A stretch of DNA of 64,000 nt, from contig CBDDIJ010000002.1 of assembly GCA_965228855.1 (NCBI GenBank), forward strand, positions 960,001-1,024,000, read 5' to 3'. This document shows positions 11,017-21,158 of this stretch, one piece after another (the first letter of the stretch is position 1; each line of letters opens with the position of its first letter). This stretch comes from Candidatus Obscuribacterales bacterium. Lineage in GTDB: Bacteria > Cyanobacteriota > Vampirovibrionia > Obscuribacterales > Obscuribacteraceae. A program made the translations under genes and the position numbers. The notes under the pieces were generated by a model, which saw nothing but the letters and a program-made list of their open reading frames with translations, was not told the DNA's origin and did not search any database.

Positions 11017-11043
11017 GCCTACCGGCGCTTTTCACTGTTCCGT

Positions 11044-11092
11044 CAACAACAAGGATCGCCGCGAACCGGCGGTCCTTGTTTGTTGGCATTTT
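11044..11092 (+). terminator. probable intrinsic terminator
   Basis: CAAC-AACAAGGATCGCCG / CGGCGGTCCTTGTT-TGTTG stem followed by ATTTTCT. Confidence 0.6.
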
Positions 11093-11273
11093 CTCAATGT
11101 CAGTCTCACCTAAAGTTGCCGACTTGGCGATATTCCCACCCGCGAATATTTGTTTTCAGGAGTTTTTTGTTGAGGCGCCTGACCCCTGTCTTTGAATTGG
11201 TAGAACGTTTTCTTTAACCAAAAGGTACTATATAGTGTCGGAGTTGTGAATCTCGTTTTCTTGCTTGAAGGAG

Positions 11274-11963
11274 CTATTTCAAGAAGCCCTGCCGGAGAGC
11301 TTTTACTGCCGCTTGTGTGCGGTCCGTCACTGCCAGTTTGTTGAGTATGTGAGTCATGTGACTTTTGACGGTGTCGATACTTAGATTCAGCATTTCCGCA
11401 ATCGCGTAATTCGAATGACCGTCGATGACCATCTGGAGAACTTCGAGTTCGCGATCTGTTAGAGGCGTGTGAATATCTTGCTTTGCTAGTTTTTGTTCGG
11501 CTGATTTCCCTGCCGCTTGTTCCACGGACGTTTTCACAACTGTCCTGGCAATTTGAGGATCAAGCCAACAACCGCCGCTCTTGACGGTTTCGATCGCCAG
11601 GCAAAGACGTTCGACAGGCGCCTCTTTAACGCAGTATCCATCAGCTCCGGCGGCGAGTGCAGCGAACATATGTTCCTCGACATCATTGGAAGTTAGGATG
11701 AGGACGTGAATGCTTGGCATTTCCGTTTTTATTCTTCTAGTCGCCTCGATGCCATCCATCACCGGCATGCGAATGTCCATAAGCACCACGTCCGGTGCGG
11801 CTTCACGACACTTTTCGATAGCGGACTGACCGTTGGAAGCTTCCGCAATTATTGAAAATTTAGGAAACGCACGCAGCAAGGTTTTTAGTCCCAGTCTAAG
11901 AATTTCGTGATCGTCCGCGACGAGTAGCGTGATAGTTTCTATCGATGACTTGGATTCGGTCAT
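11274..11963 (-). CDS. NarL/FixJ family response regulator (REC + LuxR HTH)
   Basis: ADDH, MDIRMP, LTDRELEVL...TVKSHMTHILNKL. Confidence 0.95.
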   Translation of the reverse strand: MTESKSSIETITLLVADDHEILRLGLKTLLRAFPKFSIIAEASNGQSAIEKCREAAPDVVLMDIRMPVMDGIEATRRIKTEMPSIHVLILTSNDVEEHMFAALAAGADGYCVKEAPVERLCLAIETVKSGGCWLDPQIARTVVKTSVEQAAGKSAEQKLAKQDIHTPLTDRELEVLQMVIDGHSNYAIAEMLNLSIDTVKSHMTHILNKLAVTDRTQAAVKALRQGFLK

Positions 11964-14116
11964 GAGATGGTCGCTCGCTCTGAGGTAATTGCGGAAAATG
12001 CTGGTAGCCTCACTGTCACGATGGTCCCTTTGCCGAGTTCGCTTTGGAAATCAATTTCGCCTCTATGAGCATCGATAATCAATTTCGAAATATATAATCC
12101 GAGCCCGGTTCCACTTTGGAGGCGCTTGCCGACCCTTCCTTGAAAGTAGCGATGAAACAGAGTTGACTGTTCATTCGGGTGCATGCCGACGCCGTTGTCG
12201 GTTACTCGGAAGAGCACATGCTCACCCTCGGAATGCGAGCTTAGAACGACAGTCCCGCCTGGAGTGGTGAACTTTATCGCGTTATACATCAGATTGAGAA
12301 TGACGCGGCTTAGAGCAACCTCGTCCGCAAACAAGTCAGGGGTAGATGGCGAAATTTCATCGCAGAGGTTGATCTCGTTGCTGGCGGCGAATGGTCGCAA
12401 CTGTTCGATGCACTGGCGTAAGAGACGTACGGCTTTAACTGGCTCGGGTTGAATGCTTTGCGCCACTGAATCGTAGCGGTACATATCGACCAGGTTTTGA
12501 ACGAGCCTTATTAAATTTCTGGTGCTCGATAGTAACGATGAGACTGAGCGGCGCGCGGACTCTGGCATATCTTCCAGATCTTCGGACAGTCCTCCCAATA
12601 CACGTTCGGCTCCGATGAGGGGGTTCTTGATATCGTGGGCCACGGCTGCTACGAGGTCTTCTTTTTGTTGTTCCAGTGAAACCTGCTGGGTGTCGTCGAC
12701 GACCATGGCGGCCGCTCCCACGAGTTCATTCCCCTCGCCTGTAATAGGCCAAATTGAAAATGACAGGTATTGATCCTCGCCTACTGTCGTACCTGCCAAT
12801 CGGAGTCGCTTGACTGTGTAGGTTTGCCGCGTTTCAATCAAACTGCGAATCTCATCGGCGGGCAAGAAGGGAAGAATTTCGAATAGGCATTTGCCCTGCG
12901 GTTCGGGATCTGTTTTGATGAAGCGCAAGAACGCATTATTCGCATTAATGACTGAGAGCTTGGAATCCAGTCGAACTATGCCGGCAGAGGCGTGTTGAAT
13001 GACGTGATTCGCCACCTGTCTCTCGCTTTTTTCACTGGCTAAAAGAGCCTGTTCTGCGCGCTCACGCAGAATGGCATGTGCAATTTGTGATCCTATGACA
13101 TTGAGGTGGCGAATGAGCTGATCGTCGGTTTCGTGCTGTTTAGTTGAGAAAAACTCCATGACACCAAATAAGGTGCCATGGGTGACAATTGGGACAAACA
13201 TCCCAGTTTTCATTCCTGCTTTTACGGCGGCTTGACAGTGAGATCGGTCGAATTTTTCCTGGGTGCTATTTGATTGTGTAGAGGCCGAACAGACTGAAGC
13301 CAGATCTGTGACGATTTCGGTACTTTTATTTTCGATGGCGGGCTGTGGGTACCAGCGCCGACTCGCTAATAGCCCCGAGCTGTCTGGTTTGCTAAAGGCT
13401 TTAGTTTGAGGAGTGTCGTCAGGTGAGTCCCCGATTGCTTCCAGGTTAATAAACTTCGTCGTCCGAATTGCAGAGCGATTTTTTTTGCCATCTCCGTTTT
13501 TCTTGGAACTTAAGGAGTGAGCTTCAAACTCGCCTGAGTCAATGAACGATTGGGCCACACTGGCCGGCCATCTTGTTGTGACTACTGCATCGCCGCCTTC
13601 ATCAAAGTAGAAGAAGCAACCAAAATCCCAGCCTAATTCCTGGCAAACGCTTTTGATAATGATTTCGAGAGCCTCTGCCACTGACTCACAAGACATTAAA
13701 GCTTCTGCCGACTTTGACTGCAAATTCAAGCGCTTCAGGACGTTTTTCCGCTCGATAGCGTAAAGCATTGTCCGAATCAAAGAATCGCTGTTGAATGTGC
13801 CTTTCGTGATGTGGTCTGCTGCTCCGAAGTTCACTGATTGCAGGGCCACATCCATGTCATCATGTCCTGTGAGGATAATGACCGGAGCTGTGCTGAGTTG
13901 CAGCATTCGGTCTACGGTTTCCAAGCCATCTGAATCCGGAAGCGTCATGTCAAGCAGGATTACGTCGGGTTGTGCCTTGGCAAGTTCTAGCTCTGCTTGC
14001 TCCAACGATCGGGCGCTCAAAAAGTCGACGTTCTGGTCTGCCATGAGTTCGTGAACGAACTCAGCTTCCAGGAGGTTGTCCTCCACGAGCAGAACCTGAA
14101 TTGTCTTATTAATCAC
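11960..14116 (-). CDS. hybrid sensor histidine kinase (REC-GAF-PAS-HisKA-HATPase)
   Basis: N-terminal VEDN/LDMTLPD receiver, AHDIKNPL H-box, NAIKF, DNGVG, GTGLGL. Confidence 0.92.
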   Translation of the reverse strand: MINKTIQVLLVEDNLLEAEFVHELMADQNVDFLSARSLEQAELELAKAQPDVILLDMTLPDSDGLETVDRMLQLSTAPVIILTGHDDMDVALQSVNFGAADHITKGTFNSDSLIRTMLYAIERKNVLKRLNLQSKSAEALMSCESVAEALEIIIKSVCQELGWDFGCFFYFDEGGDAVVTTRWPASVAQSFIDSGEFEAHSLSSKKNGDGKKNRSAIRTTKFINLEAIGDSPDDTPQTKAFSKPDSSGLLASRRWYPQPAIENKSTEIVTDLASVCSASTQSNSTQEKFDRSHCQAAVKAGMKTGMFVPIVTHGTLFGVMEFFSTKQHETDDQLIRHLNVIGSQIAHAILRERAEQALLASEKSERQVANHVIQHASAGIVRLDSKLSVINANNAFLRFIKTDPEPQGKCLFEILPFLPADEIRSLIETRQTYTVKRLRLAGTTVGEDQYLSFSIWPITGEGNELVGAAAMVVDDTQQVSLEQQKEDLVAAVAHDIKNPLIGAERVLGGLSEDLEDMPESARRSVSSLLSSTRNLIRLVQNLVDMYRYDSVAQSIQPEPVKAVRLLRQCIEQLRPFAASNEINLCDEISPSTPDLFADEVALSRVILNLMYNAIKFTTPGGTVVLSSHSEGEHVLFRVTDNGVGMHPNEQSTLFHRYFQGRVGKRLQSGTGLGLYISKLIIDAHRGEIDFQSELGKGTIVTVRLPAFSAITSERATIS

Positions 14117-14507
14117 CCTTTTCCGTCCTTTGGAAAGCGTTTTTGGGACGAGTCTACGAAATTACACCTGGTTACATTCAGGATGTGGACGGTGAAAAAT
14201 TTCGCCGCAGGGTACCAGGCGAATGTTCATGACAAGGCCGCAGGGTGAACCAATCCCTTGAGTGATCCAACAATCTGGGATTCCAGTTAGGCGTTCGACC
14301 GGCGAACCTGATGACGATGCTTAACTAAATGCTTCCGAAGAGACATTAACAGGCGATTCTTTCAAACTCTGGAGTTGGAGCTTGCTTATCACTTGAGACC
14401 CAGTATAGTAACAAATTTCGGGCCAGGCATCGTCTTTGAATGCTACATGATGTACGTCTCCAAAAGGACTCGAAAGACTATCTCTGTGGGCGATTTCAAA
14501 TCGCCAA

Positions 14508-16451
14508 TCACCCATTTGGGTGATCCTTAACAGAAATGCTCGATCCGCCGTTACTAGTCGGAATAGAGAAGTGGAAGGTCGAACCCTCGCCCAGTTTGGA
14601 TTCGGCCCATATTCGCCCTCCGTGCCTTTGAACAATTCTTCTGCAGACGGCTAAACCAATTCCCGTTCCTGGATACTCATCGCCAACATGCAAGCGTTTG
14701 AAAACCGAGAATATTCTGTCTGCGTGTTTGGTATCGAATCCGATACCATTGTCTTGGACGCTGATGATGCATTCGTGCTCTTTGATCTGTGAGGTGACGC
14801 TGACTCTAGGGGCATCTTGACCTCTATACTTGATCGCGTTGCCAACAAGGTTTTGGAAGAGCAGGGAGAGCTGAGAATTGTCCATAAGCAGGGGGGGGAG
14901 CTCTTCTCTCTCGATGGCGGCGCCTGATTCTTCGATGCTCTGCCGCAAATGCAGGAGTGCAATATCGAGTGCTTTGTTCGTAGAGACGGGCTCAATTGGT
15001 TTTGGTTGATTATCGAGTTTGGTGTACGAGAGCAAGTCTCTAATCAACGTTTTCATTCGTGTGGCTGTCTCGACGACGATGTTGATGTATCGGCTGCTCT
15101 GCTGGTCTAGCGATTTCTCTTTCTTTTCGAGTAGTCCAAGGAAGCCGGTCATGGTTCGGAGTGGCTCTTGAAGGTCGTGGGCGACTGCGGCCGCAAACGC
15201 CTCGAGTTCCTTATTCGAGGCGTTTAGCTTTGCGGAGATGGTTTCAAGTTTGTGCTCATAATCCTTTCGGGTGGTGATGTCTCGAATTACGATTACCCCG
15301 CAATTTAGCTCCGTCCTGGTGGGAACAGTGATCGGAGCACCGCTCACCTCCAACCATCGGCAGTCCTTAAGTTCCGGTCTCTTCAGGTAAATTTCCTTTG
15401 CCTGAATCGACTCGCCTGCTGCTGCTCTGTACAAAGGTAAATCATTCCGTGGATATGGTGTTGCCATGTCGGGCATGTAAAGTCCGAGAACCTCGCTGTA
15501 GGTCTCTGCCGGGATGGGTCCTTCCAGGATTTTGGGATTGTTCTTTGCCGCGACGGTATTGTAGTAGAGAATTTTCCCACTGCTGTCGCCCACGATGACT
15601 CCATCGTTCATGTTGTTTAAAACCGTTTCGTAGAAATCTTTCAAGCCTTCGATTTCGTTTTCAATGCGTTTAAGGTCGGTGATGTCTTTGGTGACTTTGC
15701 TGAAACCGCGTAGTGCTCCGTCTTTGAAGACAGGTGTGATCACAATGTTCGCGAGAAATGTTGAGCCGTCTTTTCTAACGCGCAATCCAGTATCAGTTAT
15801 TTTCCCTTCCCGAATTGCTTGTTCCAGCTCCCTTCGGGGCTTGTCATCGTTGATATCTTCTTGCGTGTAAAAAACGGAAAAGTGTTTTCCAATTATTTCG
15901 GACTGTTCATAGCCTTTAATGGCAGCGGCGCCATCGTTCCAGCTGATGACCGTACCGGTTTCGTCGAGCAAAAATATTGCATAATCCTGTATCGATGAGA
16001 TGGCTAGACTTAGCTGCTCCACCTGCGATTCTGACCTGGTCGCCTGTTTTTGCAAGTCTGCCATGAGGGCGCGGTCTTTCATAAGCTGCGTCGGCGAGGG
16101 AATCTTCAGCGCGAGTGGCAAAACTCGCCACACGGCAATAGCGGTTGCGAAACTAGTCAGACCGGTAAATAGGTCTAATCCGGCTTCCAGCCAGTAATCC
16201 TGGTGCCAGAACGTCCAGATTTTGATTACATGTGTGAAACCGCATGCGGTGATGAATGTGGCAAAAAGGAGGAACAGCCACTTAAATGCCAGATCTTCAC
16301 GTTTGCTTTGAAACCAGAACAACGAGATGGGAATGGAAAAGTAGGAGAGTGCGATAAGTAAGTTGCCAACGACGAAAGTTGTTAGCAGTGGAACGTTCCA
16401 CTGGAGGCAATAGCCGTGCGGCATGAAATTCGAATTTAAAACATCTGGCAT
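14508..16451 (-). CDS. sensor histidine kinase with ethylene-receptor-like transmembrane domain and two PAS domains
   Basis: IALSYFSIP...FITACGFTH 3-TM segment; PAS (SWNDGA, RKDGS); AHDLQEPLR; GTGIGLA. Confidence 0.9.
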   Translation of the reverse strand: MPDVLNSNFMPHGYCLQWNVPLLTTFVVGNLLIALSYFSIPISLFWFQSKREDLAFKWLFLLFATFITACGFTHVIKIWTFWHQDYWLEAGLDLFTGLTSFATAIAVWRVLPLALKIPSPTQLMKDRALMADLQKQATRSESQVEQLSLAISSIQDYAIFLLDETGTVISWNDGAAAIKGYEQSEIIGKHFSVFYTQEDINDDKPRRELEQAIREGKITDTGLRVRKDGSTFLANIVITPVFKDGALRGFSKVTKDITDLKRIENEIEGLKDFYETVLNNMNDGVIVGDSSGKILYYNTVAAKNNPKILEGPIPAETYSEVLGLYMPDMATPYPRNDLPLYRAAAGESIQAKEIYLKRPELKDCRWLEVSGAPITVPTRTELNCGVIVIRDITTRKDYEHKLETISAKLNASNKELEAFAAAVAHDLQEPLRTMTGFLGLLEKKEKSLDQQSSRYINIVVETATRMKTLIRDLLSYTKLDNQPKPIEPVSTNKALDIALLHLRQSIEESGAAIEREELPPLLMDNSQLSLLFQNLVGNAIKYRGQDAPRVSVTSQIKEHECIISVQDNGIGFDTKHADRIFSVFKRLHVGDEYPGTGIGLAVCRRIVQRHGGRIWAESKLGEGSTFHFSIPTSNGGSSISVKDHPNG

Positions 16452-16499
16452 TTCCTGACCTGTTTAAATCAAGCTGCGTCTTGCTGGATAATGGTACTA

Positions 16500-16910
16500 C
16501 TAATGGTGCTGATGTGCGTGCCCGGACTGCGAGTTCAAAGCCTGGTGCAGTGACCCGTGTAAAACCTCGACGTCGAACTCACCCTTTTGAAGAACGTTGA
16601 AACCAAGCTCGCGTACGCGGTTGATCGTGCTGATTTCTTCAAATCCGGTGACAACGAGAATCGGTATTCGTCCGGCAAGGCTTTGGACGGCAAGCAGGGT
16701 CTCTAAACCGTCGGAATCTGGTAGTCCCAGATCCAGGCATATAACGTCGGCCTTTTTGTTTTCTAAGGCTATTTTGCAGTCAGCCAGGCTGAGAGCAATT
16801 TTGAACGAATACGATACATCGCTTTCGCGAGATTCGAGCAATTCGCTCAAGTAAAAGGAGTCTGCGTAATAGTCTTCAACGATTAGAACGTTGACTGAAG
16901 TTTCGTGCAT
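16500..16910 (-). CDS. single-domain response regulator
   Basis: LIVED, LDLGLPDSDG, VVTG, K motifs. Confidence 0.88.
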   Translation of the reverse strand: MHETSVNVLIVEDYYADSFYLSELLESRESDVSYSFKIALSLADCKIALENKKADVICLDLGLPDSDGLETLLAVQSLAGRIPILVVTGFEEISTINRVRELGFNVLQKGEFDVEVLHGSLHQALNSQSGHAHQHH

Positions 16911-17122
16911 AGATACCGCTCGTTAATAACCCTATTGCTACCACGCGCTCCAGGTCGAATACGTCACCCGTAAGTGCCATTTCCTCTAGAATTCGGGTCG
17001 GTAGGCTTAGTGACGGATACACTGGGACGCCTGCGCTTTGAATAGATGGTTGTCGATGGGGTTTCCCTTATGGCCAATTAGGCGGATTGATTCTGGAAAA
17101 CCTCAGTGTTCCGATGCCAGCT

Positions 17123-17980
17123 CTACCCGAGACTGCGTCGGCATGCGGGATGCGGGCGGTCTCTTCCGGGCTGCAATTTGAAGTAGTTGACTACACCTTG
17201 CGAAATCGTTCGCGCTTCTCGAGCCAGATGTGCGGGTGAACTCATCAGTGCTCGGTCTTGGGGGTTCATGGCATTTGCCGCTTCGACCAGAACTCCGACT
17301 GCGTTAACTCCTCGAAGTCCCTTCAATTGTCCGTTTTGCGTCGTTGTGTCGCTGTTTATGCACTGGGAAACATTTGCGCGTTCGCGAACCTGCCAGGCGG
17401 AGCCTTGAATCGACTTAGCCAGAGGCATTGCCTGATCCCATTTGTTGTCGGCAATGTAGACGCACTGTCCGCCCTTCTTGGTGTTATCCATGTCGTGATG
17501 AATGCTCAGGTAGATCGAGTCGTCGCAGTACTTTGATATGTCATTGTTTACCACTGCATTTCGGCGAGCCAGGTCTTCTTGCTTCGGAACCGGCGGCGGC
17601 TTTTGCTCGCTAAACGGATTCCATGTCGGAATCACCTGAAAGCCTGCATCAATCAAGTTACGCGCGACCATTTTGCCGACGGCGGTGTTGAGCTGACATT
17701 CGGTGTAGTCTTTGGTGACGAAACCCTGGTCGACTTTGCCGGTAAAGGGGTCTTTCTCTGCGCTGGTGCAGTGACCGACATCGAGGTAAACGGTTTTTGT
17801 TGAAGTTTGTTTTGCTTGTGCGACGTCAAACGGTTGATCGCTTGCCGGTGTCGCTGAGCTCTCTTGGGTGGCTGGGTTTGCGCTTTTCGAAGGAGGCGTG
17901 AAGTCTTGAATGTCGGTTATGTTTAAACCGGGCTGGGTCTGCTTCGTATCAGCTTTTGCGTCTAGTTGTTCGAATGGCAT
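17123..17980 (-). CDS. N-acetylmuramoyl-L-alanine amidase (Amidase_3-like)
   Basis: VYLDVGH, E, LSIHHD and VLVEAAN zinc/catalytic motifs. Confidence 0.8.
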   Translation of the reverse strand: MPFEQLDAKADTKQTQPGLNITDIQDFTPPSKSANPATQESSATPASDQPFDVAQAKQTSTKTVYLDVGHCTSAEKDPFTGKVDQGFVTKDYTECQLNTAVGKMVARNLIDAGFQVIPTWNPFSEQKPPPVPKQEDLARRNAVVNNDISKYCDDSIYLSIHHDMDNTKKGGQCVYIADNKWDQAMPLAKSIQGSAWQVRERANVSQCINSDTTTQNGQLKGLRGVNAVGVLVEAANAMNPQDRALMSSPAHLAREARTISQGVVNYFKLQPGRDRPHPACRRSLG

Positions 17981-18062
17981 AGAAACGTTCCTGAGCGGTG
18001 CTGCGTTCCTGAACGATACAAACCCAACGTGACCCGTCCGTGACAGCTCCGACTATATGAAG

Positions 18063-18181
18063 CCATGCTCCGTGACAGTCTGCTTGTATAAAACACCGCA
18101 GAATGAGCCACCGCCCCATGCTCCGCAACAGTTTCTACTATAAAACACCGCAGGATGAGCTACCGCCCCATGCTCCGCAAC
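18063..18181. repeat. 52-53 bp tandem repeat, about 2.3 copies
   Basis: CCATGCTCCG starts at 18063, 18116 and 18168; TATAAAACACCGCAG(A/G)ATGAGC in the first two copies. Confidence 0.85.
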
Positions 18182-18240
18182 GCTGGTGGCGCAAGCCATT
18201 CCACCGACTGCTTATTGCTCAGTCATCAATTCGAGCATTT

Positions 18241-18294
18241 TTGTCTACGGCTCGTAGACGCTTTTCCGAAAATCCGTCTACGAGAGAAAGACAA
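18241..18294. repeat. REP-like imperfect palindrome, family A
   Basis: TTGTCT..CTCGTAGACG / CGTCTACGAG..AGACAA arms. Confidence 0.7.
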
Positions 18295-18394
18295 ATGTCG
18301 CTGCTCGTGCTGTTCGCTACCGAAAGCGGTCCCGACAAGGCTAGCTGGGACCTGTTTCTGGGGCTTCAGGTGGGAAAAGAGTAATACGAAGGAA

Positions 18395-18456
18395 TATAGT
18401 AGGCAGGGTGGAAGAGGAGAACCGCATGGTGCCGGTGGGCAGACCATGCGGTTCTC
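18395..18456 (-). terminator. hairpin followed by CTACTATA motif
   Basis: 14-bp perfect stem 18417-18430/18443-18456; TATAGTAG (+ strand) at 18395-18402. Confidence 0.8.
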
Positions 18457-18462
18457 GGGGCG

Positions 18463-19377
18463 TCAGACCGTCGCTTTGACCGGTCGCTTGAGCGACTCGT
18501 CAGCCTGTTGCGACAGTTCGACGATGCGGTCGAAGACGACCGTCATGGCTGCCTTGTAGTCGTTCGGCAAATCCTCGACGGGGATGGGCTTGCCGAATGC
18601 GATGGCGGCGCCGTACATCGTTTCGCCGTAGAAGTCGCGGAACTTCTTCCAGCCCAAGCCTTCGAGCAGCCGCTGCAGCCAGGTGGCGTGCGTCGGATCG
18701 CGGTCGTAGGCGATGGCTGCCGGCAGGAAGGCCACTGGACGGCTGCTCTTCTCGGCGGTTTTCTTGCCGATCATGAGCGCGCCGTCGAAGAATTGTTCGC
18801 GTTTCAAAACGTTGTCGCGGATGAGTTGTCCTTGCGGAAAGACGATGGCGTCACTGTCTTCGTCTTGTTGCATGATGCGAATCATGCCGCGCAGGGCCGC
18901 ACTCGGATTCTTGTCGTGGTGTACTGCGATTACGCCCAGCCAGGCGGCCGCCGGCACGCGGATGCCGAAGATTTGCGTGACTGCCATCAGAGCCCGCACC
19001 ACCCGCAGTCGCAAGCTGGTCGGGATGATAAGCACGTCCCGCTCCGTCTGGTGGTTGATGAGGATGATCAGGCGCCGCTTGTCTCTCATGTGGTGAGAAC
19101 CGATGCGCTTGATCGGACCGATATAGCGCCACGCCATGAAGTTGAAGGCGATCAGTCGGGCGATGCGCGCAAAGATCGGCGCGCGCGGGGTGACGTAGCC
19201 TGGCTGTTCCACCAGCTTCTTGCCCTCGCGCCACCAGAAGCGGACCCGGTAGGCGAGCCCGCCGAGGGCAGCTAGTGCCAGGAGACCGCCGACGATCCAC
19301 AGCGCCAGGGCGCCATCGAAAAGAAGAGCCGACTGTCCGTTGGCTCCTTCAAACAGCCGAATCGTGTTGAGTTCCAT
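18463..19377 (-). CDS. lysophospholipid/1-acylglycerol-phosphate acyltransferase family protein
   Basis: N-terminal TM, NHQTERD (HX4D) and VFPQG motifs. Confidence 0.8.
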   Translation of the reverse strand: MELNTIRLFEGANGQSALLFDGALALWIVGGLLALAALGGLAYRVRFWWREGKKLVEQPGYVTPRAPIFARIARLIAFNFMAWRYIGPIKRIGSHHMRDKRRLIILINHQTERDVLIIPTSLRLRVVRALMAVTQIFGIRVPAAAWLGVIAVHHDKNPSAALRGMIRIMQQDEDSDAIVFPQGQLIRDNVLKREQFFDGALMIGKKTAEKSSRPVAFLPAAIAYDRDPTHATWLQRLLEGLGWKKFRDFYGETMYGAAIAFGKPIPVEDLPNDYKAAMTVVFDRIVELSQQADESLKRPVKATV

Positions 19378-19442
19378 GATAGGTTCTGTTCTCCTACTCT
19401 ATTTCTTGAGGTGAAGGTGAATTAGATTTGCGCGGAGTCGCC

Positions 19443-21158
19443 CTACGCAGGCTGGGTTTCACCGCCGGCGCTTTTGTCCGCTCCGCTCTTCGCGGCATCG
19501 AGCTCCACGGCGATTTTCTTGATCGCCTTGAGGTCGAGCTTGCCGGACGCGGTCTGCGCGAACGGACCAGTCACCTTGTAGAAGTCGCTTGCCTTCGGGA
19601 TCCACAACGCGTGCATCCCGCTTGCGGTCAGCGCTCTGGTGAGCTCAGTCGGATTGACTTTCTCGTCGGTGTAGAGCACGACGAGCTTCTCACCCTTCGC
19701 GACGTCCGGGATGGCGCAGACGGCGATCGAGAGTTCATCCACGCCGGCGAGCGTGCGCAACTCCGCCTCCACGCGGATGATCGGCACCATCTCGGGACCG
19801 ACCTTGGCGAAACGGCTCTCACGGTCGGTGAGGTAGACGAAACCGTCCTCGTCGACCGCACCGATGTCGCCGGTGAAGTACCAGCCGTTCTGAAGGCAGT
19901 TCGCGGTCTCGCGGGGCTTGCCGTAGTAACCCTTCATGATCTGCGGACCGTTGACGAAGATGCGTCCTTCATTCTTCCGCCCTCGCGGCAGAATGGCGTT
20001 AGTCGCCGGGTCGACGACGGCGATGGCCGAGCCTGGCACCATCTGACCGACCGAGCCCTCGCGGGTTCCGCGGACGATTGCACCGGTTGGGCTCTGGACG
20101 TCGAAACTGTTGCAGCTCGACAGGAGCGGCGACGTTTCGGTGCAGCCGTAGCCTTCGAGCGGTTCCTTGCCGAGTTGCACGCGGATGTCGCGGGCCAGTT
20201 CGGGCTTGAGCTTCTCGGAGCCCATCATAAGCAGCTTGACGGACTCGAACTGTTCCTTCTTGCCGCGTTTCAGGTAGTTGCGCATGAAGGTCGGCGTCGT
20301 CGCCATCGCCGTGATGCCGTTTTCCGCGATGAACTCGCAGATGCCGCGGGCGTCGAGCGGGTTGTGGTGCGGGTAGAGTTCCCACCCCAGCACGAGCCCG
20401 GCCCAGAGCGTCACGCCGAAGCCGTACGAGTGGAAGTAGGGCAGGCAGCCCAGCACTTTCTCCTCGCCGACCTTGGCGTGTTCGGCGAGTTGAGCGATGT
20501 TGTAGAGCAAGTTGGAGTTGGTGAGCTGCACGCCCTTGGGCTCACCGGTCGAACCGCTCGTGAACATGATGCTGGCCGTGTCGTCCAGCCCCTTGCCCAT
20601 GCCCGGGAAGACGAACTTCCAGAAGCTCGTCGGCGTCACTTTGTTCAGCACCCAGGCGACCATTTTGGCGGCGTCAGGCACCTGCTGTGCGACGTCCTCG
20701 AGGTGGACGACCTTCGCTGCGATCTTGAAGCCGCCCTTGTCGATCACGCGCTTCGACGTGTAGACCGTTGTCAGCCCGGTCTGCTCGATGGCGCTGTTAA
20801 TCGGACCGTCGCCCGAGCTGTAGTTCAGGTTGATCGGAATCTTGCCGAGCAGCGTGATGGCGATGTTGAGAATCAGGCTGTGCTTCGATGGCGGCAGGAG
20901 AATGCCGACGAAGTCGCTCCCGTCGAGGTCTTCGAGGATGGTGCAGGCGAGCGCCGAAGCCGCGAGAAGTGCCTCGCCGTTCGTGGCGCTCTCTCCGGAG
21001 CTGTCCTTGACGAGCAGCTTATGAGGGTTCTGACGTGCGCGTGTGACGAACGCCGCGAGCGGCGAGGTCCAGTGCTCCGGCAGTACCGGGCAGGGGCGGT
21101 CGGGAAGGACCGCGTCACGGGCTGGGAAAACGAGACCGTTGTCGGTTGAGGTGCTCAA
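19443..21158 (-). CDS. AMP-binding protein resembling the acyl-ACP synthetase domain of Aas
   Basis: FTSGSTGEPKG, LPYFHSYG, EGYGCTE, WYFTGD, SRFAKVG, SGKLD. Confidence 0.88.
   Translation of the reverse strand: MSTSTDNGLVFPARDAVLPDRPCPVLPEHWTSPLAAFVTRARQNPHKLLVKDSSGESATNGEALLAASALACTILEDLDGSDFVGILLPPSKHSLILNIAITLLGKIPINLNYSSGDGPINSAIEQTGLTTVYTSKRVIDKGGFKIAAKVVHLEDVAQQVPDAAKMVAWVLNKVTPTSFWKFVFPGMGKGLDDTASIMFTSGSTGEPKGVQLTNSNLLYNIAQLAEHAKVGEEKVLGCLPYFHSYGFGVTLWAGLVLGWELYPHHNPLDARGICEFIAENGITAMATTPTFMRNYLKRGKKEQFESVKLLMMGSEKLKPELARDIRVQLGKEPLEGYGCTETSPLLSSCNSFDVQSPTGAIVRGTREGSVGQMVPGSAIAVVDPATNAILPRGRKNEGRIFVNGPQIMKGYYGKPRETANCLQNGWYFTGDIGAVDEDGFVYLTDRESRFAKVGPEMVPIIRVEAELRTLAGVDELSIAVCAIPDVAKGEKLVVLYTDEKVNPTELTRALTASGMHALWIPKASDFYKVTGPFAQTASGKLDLKAIKKIAVELDAAKSGADKSAGGETQPA

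Noticed and set aside
14321..14515. Possible 64-aa ORF (MGDWRFEI...) between the two kinases
   Set aside because: Has an AAGGA upstream but no motif support; cannot be told from a chance ORF
19428..21149. Long antisense ORFs (also 30313-31470, 40280-41761, 50067-51602, 60223-61224) and the alternate-frame ORF 47154-48536
   Set aside because: Shadow frames overlapping well-supported genes with GC3-rich codons; no protein motifs
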